DNA from: Mobula hypostoma
Taxonomy: Eukaryota
DNA length: 64,000 bases
Assembly: GCF_963921235.1 (NCBI RefSeq)
Contig: NC_086102.1
Span: forward strand, 54,374,001-54,438,000
Direction: 5' to 3'
Made by a program: the position numbers and the translations under genes. The first letter of the stretch is position 1; each line of letters begins with the position of its first letter. This document shows, piece after piece, positions 11,591 through 25,140 of the stretch. A model generated the notes under the pieces. The model was not told where the DNA came from, did no database searches, and saw nothing but the letters and a program-made list of their open reading frames with translations.

Positions 11591-13794
11591 CAAACCTAAC
11601 AGAGAAAGGGACACTGGATTGGTTGGGCCATTTGCATTAAGTACAGAAATGGTTCCATATACTCTATCACTCCCATGGCTCTGTCATGTTGAATCAGAGA
11701 ACCAAGCCTCAGAATTATTTGGTTCGAATGGCAAAATATGTGAGGGATGAGTAATCAAATATCCAAGGTTCAGTGCAAAACTAATGTTAATTTATTATCA
11801 TCCAGGGAACTGAATGAGAATGAGAATGGTGGATCTTCTGCAACTGGGGGATCAGGTCGTTATAAAAGAAACATCTGGAAGGGCAGAATTTTCCCCTATT
11901 GACTGGATAACCTAAGATGCTGTTATCTGGATATTTTAGTGTTTCCTGAATTTCATCCCGATTACCTTATTTAAAGTAAATCAATGAGTTGAATATCTAT
12001 GCAGTTCTCTCAGTCACTTGCCATAACTTTGGAAGGAGATCAACAAAATGGATAAGCTAGGGCCATATTTTCTGACGTTACAATGGATACTATTGCACAT
12101 GCCTTTATAGGCATTTTTGTTTGGTAGTATTCAGGATTCACCAGCCACATTGGAAAATGTATCTTATGTTACTTCTGGTGCAGAGTAGACAAATGATACC
12201 AGAAGCAATTGATGAAAATTTGGAATTTATGCTCTTTCTCCTCTGATTCCTGTAACATCTATTTATTCTTCCACCTTTTTTCTGCACCTCCTTATCTTCA
12301 CATGTTATGCAAATAGGGAATTTATGTTAGGGAACTTATGCTGGTAGATCAACCTCTGATCTGAAAAGAATTAATAAGAAATTATCCAAAGACATGAACT
12401 TTGAATCAAAAAGGGTTTTATTTATAAAAGGCAAATGAACAAATAGTACAGTATCTAGATTAGTAAATATATTTCAACACAGCTCCTGAAACTTAATTAA
12501 CAGGAAGCAGGTAAAGAGATGCTCTGCTAGCCATTTAAAATGCTGATATAAAAAGTGACTAACTGTTGTTCATTAGTCAGTAATTAGCAGATCAAGAGAG
12601 AAGCTGTGTGGTGTCATATATGTAAAATTATCATGAATTTGTTTGCCATGCACGTACTACAGAAAAGAGCAAAATACACATTAGTTTTTGAAAGAAATCT
12701 GAATTTTTTAAAATACATAAGTGGAAATAAGCAAATTTCTTTTTCAGCATTGTAAAATTCAAAGTTGCCAAAAATCAGTTTTGTCAGAATTTGGGTAATT
12801 AATGTGTGAGTCTTTTTTTCTGAACATAAATATTCAGTGTGATAAGGTCAAGGTACATATTAATGCACTGAAATTCTTCAGGGGGAATTTTAAGATACCT
12901 TATTGCTGGCCGTGGAATAATCCATGTGAATTTTACGATTTCAGTATAAAGCCATGAGTTTCATATGAATGGTGGGTGCCAGTGCATATGTGTGTACTCT
13001 GCTGGCTGCAAGACCGGGCTAGTGAATGCAGGCTTGGCTATAGGATTATTTGTCCTCCACAGGTGATGTTGCCCTCTGCTACTCCTTTATAAGAGGTAAC
13101 GTTTGGAAACTCTGCCAAAACAAACATTCCTTGGTTTCCAGAGTTATGGCTGGGACCTACACTATCTCATTCCCAAGTTGAATCATAGCCCATTTATGGC
13201 ACTTAATTTGAAATATAACAGGAATGTGTAGATGGCACTTACTGAAGAAGTGATTAAAGCAAAATTGAATATGTTGGCGTAACTGACCTCATTACATGCT
13301 TCTAAAAATTTCTAAGGATAGAAATTCAACTGCACCATTTTCTTGCTGCTATAACAGTGTCAGCAATTTCATCAAAGTTTCATGAAGTTGTTAAATACAA
13401 AACATAATTCATTTTTACCAGTTCCAAAATAGCTCTGGTGCAGTTTCTCATGTAATGCAACATCCTGCTCTATTTCAAAGCAGCAGTTGATAGAGTTAAC
13501 ATTTCCGCCTTATTTGCACCATTTCTCACAGGTCTCACCTCGGGTAGTATCTCTTTGAGGGTCAGAGAACAACACCACCAACAGTTTCAGTTATAGGGGA
13601 GATAGGGTCACGAATGAGTGCATGACACAATAATCAAATGTACTTCAGAGTACTCTATGGACAAGGTAGAAACACAGGCGTTAGAAGAATCATGTACATA
13701 GGAAACAGGTTTCCTTGTGCAAAGGGAACATCGGGGTGGAAATTGCCAAGGAGACACAAATGCCTACTGAACAAAATGGAAAATTCTTATTAAA

Positions 13795-13863
13795 ACCAAT
13801 TCTTATTTAACCAATTTCCCCCAGGATCAATAAAGTATGACTATGACAATGACTATGACTATC
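13795..13863 (+). mobile_element. Short LINE 3' tail with (TATGAC)n
   Basis: aaccaatttccccc...gatcaataaagtatgactatgac, also at about 62010-62067. Confidence 0.6.
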
Positions 13864-15129
13864 AAAAATGTAAGATTGCTAATATCCTTACAGAACCAAT
13901 CTGGATTTCTACAAGGCTCATTGAGATGGGAAATGTCACATGTAGAAGTCTCGGCAGAGATGTGCGGAAAGATCCTGAGGCAAAGTGTTTGAAAGTGAAG
14001 TTGCCCTGATTTTGAGAGAGGTTACTACCTGTGTCTATTTGGAAATGTAAATGCTTGCACAACCTTTATGGTCAAAGTCAGGGAAATCCTATTCTCTTAC
14101 CCATTTCTGATCTGATATAATGGAGTTGTGTCTTTTACTGTAGGATTTCCACTAGCATCTCTGGCCACTTAATTTTGAAGGAAATTTTGTTGAAACTACC
14201 TGTAAAACCCTTTAAGTGGTGCACTTTGACTAAAATTGCAGGAGACATGTGTCTGACCATCAAAGTTGCACTGATCTTGAGACTCCAGTATTAATAGAAT
14301 CTGTGTTTTCTGTGACTAAACACAACCTGTTGTGGTTCATATCAATATGGTTAAAAATGACAAGTGAAACAAATTTTGAGCATTCCACTAGGTTTGAGGT
14401 TATTTGGGCAAGCTGGATGCCTAAAAAAAGTGCTGGTTTACAACAAAATCTCACATCGTCTTGTACTCACAGCATGAATTCGCACAGAAATATGCACAAA
14501 GCCAATGTATACACTTGAAAATAATTTCCACCTGCACAAGGTCATTTATTTTTAAATTTCACAGATGAACTTCCATGTCTATATATTCACATTTACAAAC
14601 CTGGCACTTTCCCCATTTTTTCATAGATGTCATCATTCATACTTTTTCTGATTTCATCTGATTGTTCAGCCTTGTTTCTTTTACCTGCTTGGACAACATT
14701 GTACCACCAAATTACTATTTTCAAACAAAATGGACAAAACCATATATACATTTACACAATGAACTTAGATTATAAAGTGCAAAGTACAAATTCTTCTGGA
14801 GGAGATTCAATACCTTGACTGGTGAACAATTATAAGTGATTGTGAGTGTCATGCTTTCACACACTTAGTTACAGAGATGAATTGAGGATCACTGAAAACT
14901 AGTTTCAATTTAACAAGTATTAAAACTATCCTGCAAGTGAAACAGAAGGGCTATAGATTAAAATAGTAATTTTGAATTATATCTCAATTTTAAGAATAGA
15001 ATATTTGTAATCTCTCCAAATGGAAAATCGTGTGTAATGGGAAGCCTGCATAATAAAGAAACAATTGTTTTTTGCCCTCCCACAGGATATAAATAGGCCA
15101 CAATGCTAGCAATTGGCTATGAGTGTACT

Positions 15130-16920
15130 GTGTACAAACACATGCGGCTCCAATAGGATCAATGTGGGATGATAATCAAAAGATAAATCTCCAAGCTCAT
15201 TATATCAGTACATATAGCATTCATAATAAGGTGGATGAACTGACGTCACAAATAGAAATAACTGGATATGATTTGATAGCTGTCACACGCCAGCTTCTAA
15301 GGTCCAGGGTTGAATATTGCAGAGTATTTGGTAAAATTACGATCTAAGATTAGCTTTATTTGTGACATGTATACTGAAATGTTAAAGCATACATGAAATA
15401 CGTCAATGACCAAGAGAACCTGAGGATTGTGCTGGGGGCAGCCCGCAAGTGTTGGCACCAGGTGTAGTGTGCCACTACTCACTCACCCTAACAGTATATC
15501 TTTCTGGAATGTGGGAGGAAACTGGGGCACCTGGAAGAAAACTGCACCGTCATGGGAAGAATGTACAAACTACTTACAGACAACATTGGGAATTGAACAC
15601 TAATTGTGATCACTGGTGCTGTAAAGTGATTGCACTAACAGTTATACTATCATGTCACCCCCACAATGGAAACAGAAAAAGTAATAGAGGTGCTGTTGTT
15701 CTTTTAGTAAAGGATCAGATCAGATGAGTAATGTACACTTTGTAAAATCACCTTGTCCCAAAGATCAAAATGTAGAGTTTGTTTGGATAAAGATAAGAAA
15801 TAACAAAGGACAGAAGTTGCTGCTGGTTAGATTCTCTACCTGGCAGTTTCATGGTATGATTGCTATTTAAACCACGTGTCTGCCCATGCCTGAATTTTGC
15901 GGAAGCCATCAAGGGGAAAAGTCATTAAAGATGCCGTCATATGCATTGAAACAGGATTAACTAATAATCCAAAAATAAACTATTGATATTTAAATAGGTA
16001 AAATAACATTTTGTAGTTTAATAGTGAAACTCTTTTGTCAGAAACTAGTGTATTATATTTTCATAAAGCAAACAGCAATGCACAATTGACAAGAAGGCTA
16101 AAATGGAATTAGAAAATAAATGGAAAGGGTAAAATGGTACACAAGAAGTGGGACCATCCTGAAATACATATTACTTCAATGAGAGATAAAGGCAATTAGA
16201 ATGATGCAAATGTGGCCAACCAAAGAATTCAAACTCAGTGTCAAATTGAAAGGAAAGGCACATAATGTGCGTGCTTAGTTCGTGGTAGGTCTGAACACAG
16301 AGAGACCTTTAGAAACCAGCAAAGAATGACTGACAAGTAATAAAGAAAGATACTGTGAATTGTGAAAGTAAACTAGCAGGGAAAAAAATTAAAAATAAAA
16401 GAAGACTTAGAACTTTTTGTTTGTTATGTACAGCAATATGGAAAGTGTTATTAGTAGGTCAGCAAATCACTCAAATACTGGTATTGTGAATAGTGAGAAG
16501 GATAGTCTCAGGCAACAGAAAATATTGATCAGCTGGTATATTGGGCAGAGCAACACAGATGAAATTCAATCCAGATAAATGCCAAGCAATGCATTTTAGG
16601 AAGTTAAATATGGATAGAGTGTACACAGTAAACAAGAGGGCCGTAGGCGGTATTGATGATCAGAAGGACCGAGCAGTGCAAGTCCACGCAACTCTAAAGG
16701 TGGCAGAACTGGGAGACAGGCTGAAGAAGAAGACATTTGGAGTGCTTATCTTCAGCAGTCATAGCATGGGATACAAGAGCAGGGATATTACGTTACAGCT
16801 TTATAAGATATTGGTGAGGCTATCTCCAGAATATTGAGTGCAGTTTCAGTTATCACAGTATAGAAAGTACGTGATAACTCTGGAAAAACTGCAGTGCAGA
16901 TTCACCAGGATGTTGCCTAA
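15130..16920 (+). mobile_element. Old CR1 ORF2 remnants, resuming at 25909-26215 beyond Gypsy element 2
   Basis: IHNKVDELTSQIEITGYDLIAVT (endonuclease start); QMKFNPDKCQAMHF; ...ACCAGGATGTTGCCT at 16903-16918 continues as GAATGG... at 25909. Confidence 0.75.
15470..15655 (-). mobile_element. tRNA-derived V-SINE (HE1-like), decayed
   Basis: Reverse complement of the V-domain (gtgggaggaaactggggcacctgga) and tRNA head; homologous to 38462-38719. Confidence 0.65.
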
Positions 16921-17789
16921 GTAATGCCCTGGTAAAGGTTTTATTGATAATCTTGCAAGATATTTCATGTAATGATTTTTCTAGAGAAGCAGTGTGTTCC
17001 ACCGGCAGTGTTTGGGTTACAGTTAAAGATAAGGGATGCTTCGGAATGTGTGTGTCATCCAATCGGAGGGTGGGACTGGAAGAAGATTCTTGTGAACGTT
17101 GGGGGAGCAGCTTTTGTGACAGACTGTGGTGCAGGTCGAGGTCTTTCTCAGTGGGAGGTGGAGAGAGAAGGAGCTCGAGAGAACTGGCTGTGGGATTTGA
17201 TCTGGCGGGAACATGCAGTCTGATGGAGCCCAAGAGGGGAACTTCTACTGGGGAGCAGCGAATATGAGTTGGTGCAGTGAGTACACATCAGACACAGTGG
17301 ATTTTGGAAGATTTGAGCTCCACCTGTGCACATTTGACTGTTCAGTTATAACGGACCTTTTTTTGTTTTTTCTTTCTTTTCTTTAATAATTCTTCGACTA
17401 AGTTAACATTCATAAATATACTCTCTATATAATTGTACGCAGTATACGATCTGTTATTTCTTGCATGGGGCACTAAATCACGCAGTATTCGTACAAACTG
17501 GGGTTTGGGGTGGGCAGTGCATCCCAACCTTATGGGTTAGCTGGGACCAAAATCATACACACCCTATCACAAACAAGACAAAATCTGCAGCTGCTGGAAA
17601 TCCGAGCAACACACACACAAAATGCTGGAGGAACTCAGTAGGCCAGGCAGCATTTTGTGTGTGTTGCTTGTATACACCCTAGACATGCAGACCCTAAAAA
17701 AGGTAGGTTTCTTGCCAAGGAGTCAAGTGGCTGTTAGCAAGGGGCTAACAATTCACATTTCCAGAGACGCCCTGTAAAAAGGGGTTTCA
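16921..17789 (+). repeat. 5' LTR of Gypsy element 2
   Basis: Direct repeat of 25156-25909 (about 14 mismatches in first 120 bp by eye); ends GGGGTTTCA; followed, after the PLE insert, by TGGGGGCT, a partial tRNA-Pro-type PBS. Confidence 0.85.
17568..17670. repeat. Small Penelope-derived fold-back insert in the 5' LTR
   Basis: Arms 17606-17627 and 17648-17667; absent from the 3' LTR; flanked by an acaccct duplication. Confidence 0.7.
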
Positions 17790-17896
17790 TTGTGGGGCAA
17801 ACAACAGGAATTCTGCAGATGCTGGAAATTCAAGCAACACACATCAAAGTTGCTGGTGAACGCAGCAGGCCAGGCAGCATCTATAGGAAGAGGCGC

Positions 17897-17932
17897 AGTC
17901 GACGTTTCAGGCCGAGACCCTTCGTCAGGACT
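17897..17932 (-). ncRNA. Minimal type I hammerhead ribozyme motif, intact core
   Basis: AGUC-CUGACGA-AGG(GUCUCGG)CCU-GAAAC-GUC/GACU; mirror image of 18040-18075. Confidence 0.7.
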
Positions 17933-18039
17933 AACTGAAGGAAGAGTGAGTAAGGGATTTGAAAGCTGGAGGGGGAGGGGGAGATGCTCTCCCCCTCCCC
18001 CTCCAGCTTTCAAATCCCTTACTCACTCTTCCTTCAGTT

Positions 18040-18075
18040 AGTCCTGACGAAGGGTCTCGGCCTGAAACGTCGACT
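18040..18075 (+). ncRNA. Minimal type I hammerhead ribozyme motif, intact core
   Basis: Stem I AGUC:GACU, core CUGACGA and GAAA, stem II AGG:CCU, palindromic ACGU stem III, predicted cleavage after GUC at 18071. Confidence 0.7.
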
Positions 18076-18327
18076 GCGCCTCTTCCTATAGATGCTGCCT
18101 GGCCTGCTGCGTTCACCAGCAACTTTGATGTGTGTTGCTTTCATTGTGGGGGCTATTTTCCAGTATTGAATTTGTGGAATGCTGTCTGATTGCCCTAAGA
18201 ATTGATTAAGTGGGTTTGTGTTTTAGCCTGTGTTAAATTATTGTCCAGGAAAATGATTAAGATACGTGGTTATGGCATGACAGGGATTAAGTGTTGGTGT
18301 GATTCAAAGAGATTACCCATAACTAAT

Positions 18328-18582
18328 CAACACACATAGAATGCTGGAAGAACTCAGTGAGCCAGGCAGCACCTGTGGAAAAAAGTACAGTCGACGTTTC
18401 CTGCCAAGACCCTCTGGCTGGACTCATCTTCCACCTATCTCAGTCCTGCCGAAGGTCTTGGCCCAAAATGTTGATTGTTCTTTATTCCATAGATGCTGCC
18501 TGGCCTGCTGAGTTTCTCTAGCATTTTGAGTGTGTTGCTTGGATTTGCAGCATCTACAGATTTTCTCTTGTTTGTGATTTGC
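18328..18582. repeat. Older Penelope-derived fold-back insert interrupting the gag start
   Basis: Diverged inverted arms (about 18328-18425 and 18443-18537) with decayed hammerhead cores; TSD ttac(c/t)cataactaat at 18313-18327 and 18583-18597. Confidence 0.85.
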
Positions 18583-21500
18583 TTACTCATAACTAATGCT
18601 TGTGTTCTGAGCTAGGTGGATATCTGCAGCCCAGATAAATTGTTGTTTAGAGTTTTAAGTACTTTTGGAGCATTAGGGAAAGTCATGGTCATTGACCAAA
18701 CAGCGGGGAAAGATGTGGTGTTAGTTCAGACTAGCAGTGATGTGGCATCAATGGATCTGGCTGTTACCCTTAAGAATATCCAGCAAAGTGGGGCCTTGGG
18801 CTTTCAGAGAGAGGAGAGTGTAGGCAAGGATGCCAAACTGGAAGACAAGTTTCCCGTAGAGGGCAGAGACTATAAAGACAAGTTGCTCTTGTTTCTGCAG
18901 AGTGAGGGGAAGGAGTTGTCTGATGTTGAAGGCCAAATGAGCCCTCTAGTGAGAAGATAAAATTTGAGTTGGTGTTGCCCCTTACGTTCCTGGCGGATAA
19001 ACGGCAAAGAGCACCGGCAGAGAGTCAAAGTTATCAATAGCTGAGAAAGTTCTCAGGAGTGAAACCCACCCCTGAGGGGGAGGAGGAATATGAGACGGGT
19101 GGAGCAGACCTCTCGGATGCTGGATGAGCGACAGCGCTCTGATAATGTGAAAAGACAGCAGCTGGTAGAGAGTCTAAAAGGTCTGGCTGCTGAAGTACTG
19201 AGGTCCTTGAAGGCAGAGAAAACCCTTTGCTACCTCCAAGGGCTACATGCAAGTGTTAGAAAATGTTTCTGTCATGACAGGAAATCCAATGGAGCTTACG
19301 ACGGAATTTAGGAGCGTGTTTCAGGAGAAAAGGGAGAAACTTACTGCCTACATTTTCTGGCTAGAGAGACAGCTGCTTTGCTTGTGGCGTAAAGGGGCCA
19401 TCCAGCTGGCTGAGGTGAATCAATTCAGAATGGATGAAGTGGTGAAGGGCACACAGTCCATGACATGATTGCTTTAAGCATCCTACTGTTTCATAAGACC
19501 TACCCCCGCCATTTGTTGAGCTGATTAGAGAAGTAAGAGAGGAGGAAAATGCAATTGAGAAGTGGGAGGCCTCCTTCAGTGGGGCACAGTCCTTGGTAGT
19601 AACCTCTGTTGCTGAAGCAACCCCCAATGCCACACAGGCAGGAGTTTTGCAGGATTTCATGAAAGATTTGAGAGCTGAGGTATCCTGGTTGATGTCGACA
19701 GGTGCTGTCATCAAGCATGACAAAGCCAATAGGGAGCCGGACCCACTGATGGGATGTATGAAGCACAGGCCTGCTGTTGACCGGGGTCCCTTGAAAAGGG
19801 GAGTGACTGGTATTGTCTGTTACCACTATGGTGCGGAGGGACACTTCAAGCGGGAATGTGAAGGACGGGAAAACCTTCAGAAAGTGAGCCCATAGTTATT
19901 GAAACAGAAGGAGAAGTCTGGAAAATTCGGAGAGACCCAGTGAGGGAACAGCCTGGCGTCTCAGGGGAAACACATTCCAATCAATGTATCAAGGAAAACA
20001 CTAAAGTGCAAAATCCTATTCCTGAAGCTCCAGTGTATCCCTAAAGATTGAGGGTATTTAGGCGAGAGCCATACTTGACCCAGGGTCTCAGCTTACTCCG
20101 CTGTACAGGTACTTCTACAACCAGTATTTGATGCATTTACCATTGACTCCACTCAGTGCCCTAGAGCTCTGGGGACTTAGCACTGATGGCTACCCGTATG
20201 ATGGTTACTTGTCATTGAAGCTGGAATTTTCGGAGGCAGGTATGTAGTAGCTGAGGTCCTTGATATGTTAGTGTTTGTCTGTCCGGACCCAGACGAGGAG
20301 GGTGAAGCTTCAGTTCTTGTGGGAACAAATACTCTTATAGTGAGAAGCCAGCAAGGAGAGATTGGGAGAGAGTATTCTGAAAACCTTGTCCATTCACACG
20401 GTGCTCAGAGCTGGTTTTGAGGAAGTGAAAGCCCATCCTAAGCTGGATGGTGAACAGAAATGAGGAACTGTGTGGTATACCCAGTCCAAACCCGTCATGT
20501 TATGGCCTGGGGAAGTAGCTGGAGTGACCGGAAATCCCAAGTTTCCTGGAATGGCTGATGCCGAGGCCCTCCTGTTGGATGCTGCAGAAGACCACGAAGA
20601 GGAACCATACTTACCAGCTGGGGTATTAGTGAGGCTTGAACTGCAGAAGCCGTCGATTGTACGGGGAAACAAGGTGATAGTGATGTTCAGGAACACCTTG
20701 GAGAGGGAGGTCACCCTCAGGTGGAGAATGCTGATGGCACATTTTTTTTCCCCGGTGACTGTAATGTCTAGTTTTCCTGTGAGAAAAGCAGGAGAGAGAC
20801 CATCTCCTGGAATAGGAAAGTTGACAGCCAAGTCATTCAACTTTGGTGACTCCCCGGTGCCTGGAGCTTGGAAAAGACGACGGATGGACAAGGTGTTAAA
20901 GTTTGAAGATGTTTTTTTCTACTGATGAGTTTGATGTGGGTTGTTCCAAGAGTACTCGCCCCACTATCAAAGTGACAAAGGACACCCCTTTCAGAGGAAG
21001 GTCTCGGCGAGTGGTGCATACCCAGAGGTGGAGGACATTCTGCAGCAACTGCAGGAGCTGGGATTACCACTGAGTCCAGGAGTCCCTGTGTGTCATCCAT
21101 AGTGGTGCTGAGTAAGAAGAATGGGAAGGTACAAATATGTGTTGACTATTGGACACTGCACCAAAGCACAGTCCCCAACCAGAACACTGTTCCAAGGATT
21201 GAGGCCACACTGGCCTGACTGGGTGGAGTGAAATGGTTCAGTGTGCTGGATCTAAGGAGTGGGTATTATCAGATATCCATGAGCAAGACTGACAAGAGAA
21301 GGCGGCATCCATATGTTCATTCTTTCAGTTTGAAAGGATGCAGGCCATATCAAGAGCACCAACTACTTTCCAGCATGTCATGGATAGAACTGTAGGGGAT
21401 ACAAAGTTGCTTGAGATGCCGGTTTTCCTGGATGATCTCATGGTGTTCAAGTCCACTTTAGAAGAGCACGAGGTGAGGCTCCTGAAGGTGCTAGGCCACC

Positions 21501-24271
21501 TGAAAGCTAAAGGGTTAAAACTGTCATTGGACAAGTGCCAGTTCTGAAAGACATCTGTCGACTATGTTGGGCCCATAGCCATGGTCCGTCAAAGATAGAG
21601 GCGGTGACCACATGTTCTTGGCCCATGGCCATGAGTGCCCTTTGCTCGTTCCTTGGATTCTGTGGGTACTATCGCAGGTTCATGAAGGACTACTCCAAAG
21701 TGGGTCACCCTTTGATTCAGCTTCTGTGCGGTTCTTGGGGAAGAAAGGGAGGAGGATGAAAGGAGAAGATGGTAAGGTTTACCATAGCCTTTTGGAGTCT
21801 TTTGGAGCAAGATGGGATGCAAAATGCAAAGAGGCCTTTCAGTTGCAGAAGGAGCTACTAATGAAAGCACCTGTGTTGGCTTTTGCGAACCCCCAATTGT
21901 CTTAAGTTTTGCATACAGACACCAACAGAGAGGTCTTAGGTGACATTCTCTATCAGGATCAGGGCACAGGGTTGAGACCTGTTGCTCTTGTCAGCTGGAG
22001 TCTGTCACCCTCTGAGCGAAACTACCCCAAGTACAAATTGGAGTTTCTGACATTGAAATGGGTTGTGGTGGATAAGTTAAATGATTATCTATATGGTGTC
22101 AAGTTTGAGCTGAGGACTGACAACAATCTATTGGCTTCTCTCCTGACCTTGATGAAATTGGATGCCATGGGCCGTTGTTTGCTGACGGGGTAGTCTGCTT
22201 ATGATTTCAGCCGGGGAGCCAGTACATTGATGCGGATGCATTGTCCTGACATGCGCATGAAGGGCTGGAAATGGACGGAAAGTGGGAGAGCGTTCTTGCC
22301 TCTGGAGTTAAAACAGTGTGCCAATTTTCAGCCATGGAGAAGTCAGAGGCAAGGGCAGGGCAGAATCAAGCTGTGGATCATTTGGGAGCTTCCGATTGCA
22401 CCGTTTCACAAGTCTACAACCTGGCTGCTCTGAACATGAAGCAGTTGCCCGCATTGAGTCCTGGCGAAGTGGCTGCTGCTCAGTGAGACGACCCTTGTAT
22501 TGGTACCATTGGTCAGCCATTGCCAACCGATGATATGGCCCAAGTTGAAAAGACAAAACTCCCTGGCACACCTCTGCTGCTGAGAGAATGGAACAAACTT
22601 GAGTTGAGGAACCGGTGTCACGTCTTCTCCAGACAGACCTTGGCATTCCCAGTTGATTTTGTCTGAAAGGCATCAGAGGATTGTGTTGAAGTCACTTCAT
22701 GATGATTCAGGTCATTTGTAATTTGATGGATCCTATGGATTGGTCTGAGATTGGTTCCACTGGCCCCGAATGAACCCTGAGGTCGAGGAGTGCTGTAGGT
22801 CGTGCACTCGATGTATTTGGAGGAAGATGCCTCTCCTTTATCCCATTTACAGAGCATGGGACACCTCATCTGGTATGTATGCATTTTCTCTCCCTAGAGC
22901 CTGATTCCAGTGACATGGTGAATGCCTGGGTTATTACTGATCACTACACCAGATTTGCTCAAGCCTTCCCTACAAAGGGTCAGAGTGTGTCCACCATGGC
23001 CGAGGTGTTATGGGAGAAGTATTTTGTTCATTATGGCCTTCCCAGATGGATACATAGCAATCAGGGAAGAGATTTTGAGAGTTGGCTCATACATGAGTTA
23101 CTGAGCATGTCTGGAGTCGAGAAGTTGAGGGCTATGCTTCATCACCTGCAAGGTGATCCCCAGCCCGAGAGACTCAAACAGACATTGCTAGACATGCTCA
23201 AAGCTCAAGAGATCAGCAAGAAGAACAAACGGAGTCAGCAGATTGGGCATCTGCTCCACTGCTACAACTGTACACAGAATGAAGTTACTGGATACTCGCC
23301 ATATTATTTGATGTTTGGGCACAGAGCAAGATTGCCTGTTGACCTTTGTTTTGAAACTGCTGTGGAAGATTTGCCACAGAAGACCTACCTTAAGTATGTG
23401 GCTGACATGAGGAGGAAATTGCAAAAGGCTTATGAACTAGCAGAGGTCTTTGCTACCAAGCAGGATCAAGGAAATAAGAGGAGACATGAACAAAAGATTA
23501 GGTTCTCCCAACTGATGCCTGGAGACAGGGTTTTCATAATGGATTTGGGGCTAACAGGGAAGCATAAGTTGGCTGACCAGTAGGTGGCTATACCTTATGT
23601 GGTGGAGAGTCAGATGCCAAATGTGCCAGTTTTCTGGGTGAAGCCAGAAGACAGGAATGGACCTGTCAAAATTCTCCACCGGAACCACCTTCTACCTCTA
23701 GGACAGGAGAAACTTTTCGACCCAGAGCCTGACATGGACCCTACGCCTAGTGGGAGGATTCGGCACCAATGTAGGAGAACAGAAAGGCAATCGGTGGAGA
23801 GACCTGAAGGGGACTTAAAAACTGAATGATGTACAGACTCAGAAGATGAGGAAATAGGGATGTGTTATATGTTACCTTATGCAAACTCCCCAATAATCGA
23901 TAAAGAGATTCCCGAACCTCCCCACACTGATGTCGATGTAGCTGGGGGACTAGGCAGTGGACAGGCAGGCTTGCAGTTGGACAATGAAGGGAAACTAGGC
24001 CCCAAAGTAATTGGTGATGAAGCTGAGATCAGTCGAGTGACCGGGGGACCTGAGTTGCCAGATGGCATGAGTACTGGACAGGGGGAGGCCTCTCCAAGTA
24101 GACAGGAAGGATTCCAAGCAGTGTCTGAGACAGAACAAGTAGATGATGTGATAAGGAGTCAGGAAACCCCCAGACAGGCTGGCATATGTTGTGCCAGGGG
24201 AACAGAGTGTTATGCCTATCCCCCGAGTGAGATATGTCACTAACATTGACAAATGGATTGGCAGTCCTGAC

Positions 24272-25100
24272 TTAGAAACATAGAAACATAGAAAACCTAC
24301 AGCACAGTACAGGCCCTTCAGCCCACAATGCTGTGGCAAACATGTACTTACTTTAGAAATTACCTAGGGTTACCCATAGCCCTCTATTTTTCCAAGCTCC
24401 ATGTACCTATCCAGGAGCCTCTTAAAAGACCCTCTCGTATCTGCCTCCACCACCATTGCCGGCAGCTCATTCCATGCACTCACAACTCCGCATAAAAAAC
24501 TTACCCCTGACATCTCCTCTGTACCTATTTCCAAGCACCTTAAAACTGTGTCCTCTTGTGCCAGCCATAAGTGGTGTGCCACATGGATCAGTGTTGGGTA
24601 CACTGTTGTTAGTCAGATATATATTTTATGGTCTTATATTAATGATATGGATGAAAAAGTACATGACATAATTAATAAGTTTGTAGATGACACCAACATT
24701 TGTGGTGTAATGGATAAGGAAGAAGGTTGTCTGTCACAATGGGATTTGGACAATTGGGAAAATGGGCAGAGGAAATGGCAGGTAAAGTTTAATACACACA
24801 GGTGTAAAATGATGTATTTTGGTAAGTTAAACCAGGACAGGGCTTACACAGTGAATGGCAGGGTCCTGGGGAGTGTTACTGAACAGAGAGACCTAGGGGT
24901 ACACATACATAGTTTCCTGAACATACAACACACTAGGACAGGTTGTGAAAAAGGAGTATGGCATACCTGCCTCTTGAATACATGAGTTAGAATGTCACAT
25001 TGCAGTTAATTGCATAAAATATTAATTAGAATGTATTAGGATTATTATGTGCATGCAGAAATGTTGTAATTAAGCTGGAGATGGGGCACTCACAAAATTC
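24272..25100. mobile_element. CR1 fragments in both orientations inside the Gypsy 3' region
   Basis: Minus-strand 3' end with (CTATGTTT)n tail at 24272-24296; plus-strand RT part KFVDD...WQVKFNTHRCK in ORF 24401..24985. Confidence 0.8.
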
Positions 25101-25140
25101 CTTTGAAAACTGTATTAATAATGAGTGGTTGATAAACTTT

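Larger units (their letters stand above)
17798..18140. repeat. Penelope-derived insert forming a perfect 309-bp palindrome with a 13-bp TSD
   Basis: Arms 17832-17984 and 17988-18140 with 3-bp spacer TGC; TTTCATTGTGGGG at 17785-17797 and 18139-18151. Confidence 0.95.

Noticed and set aside
17753-18189. Mirror-image ORFs on both strands (MKAGGGGG..., MLVNAAGQAAS...)
   Set aside because: Artefact of the palindrome in non-coding repeat sequence
22879-23583. 234-aa integrase ORF as a domesticated host gene
   Set aside because: Embedded in a frameshifted, stop-ridden Gypsy pol with no splice or promoter evidence
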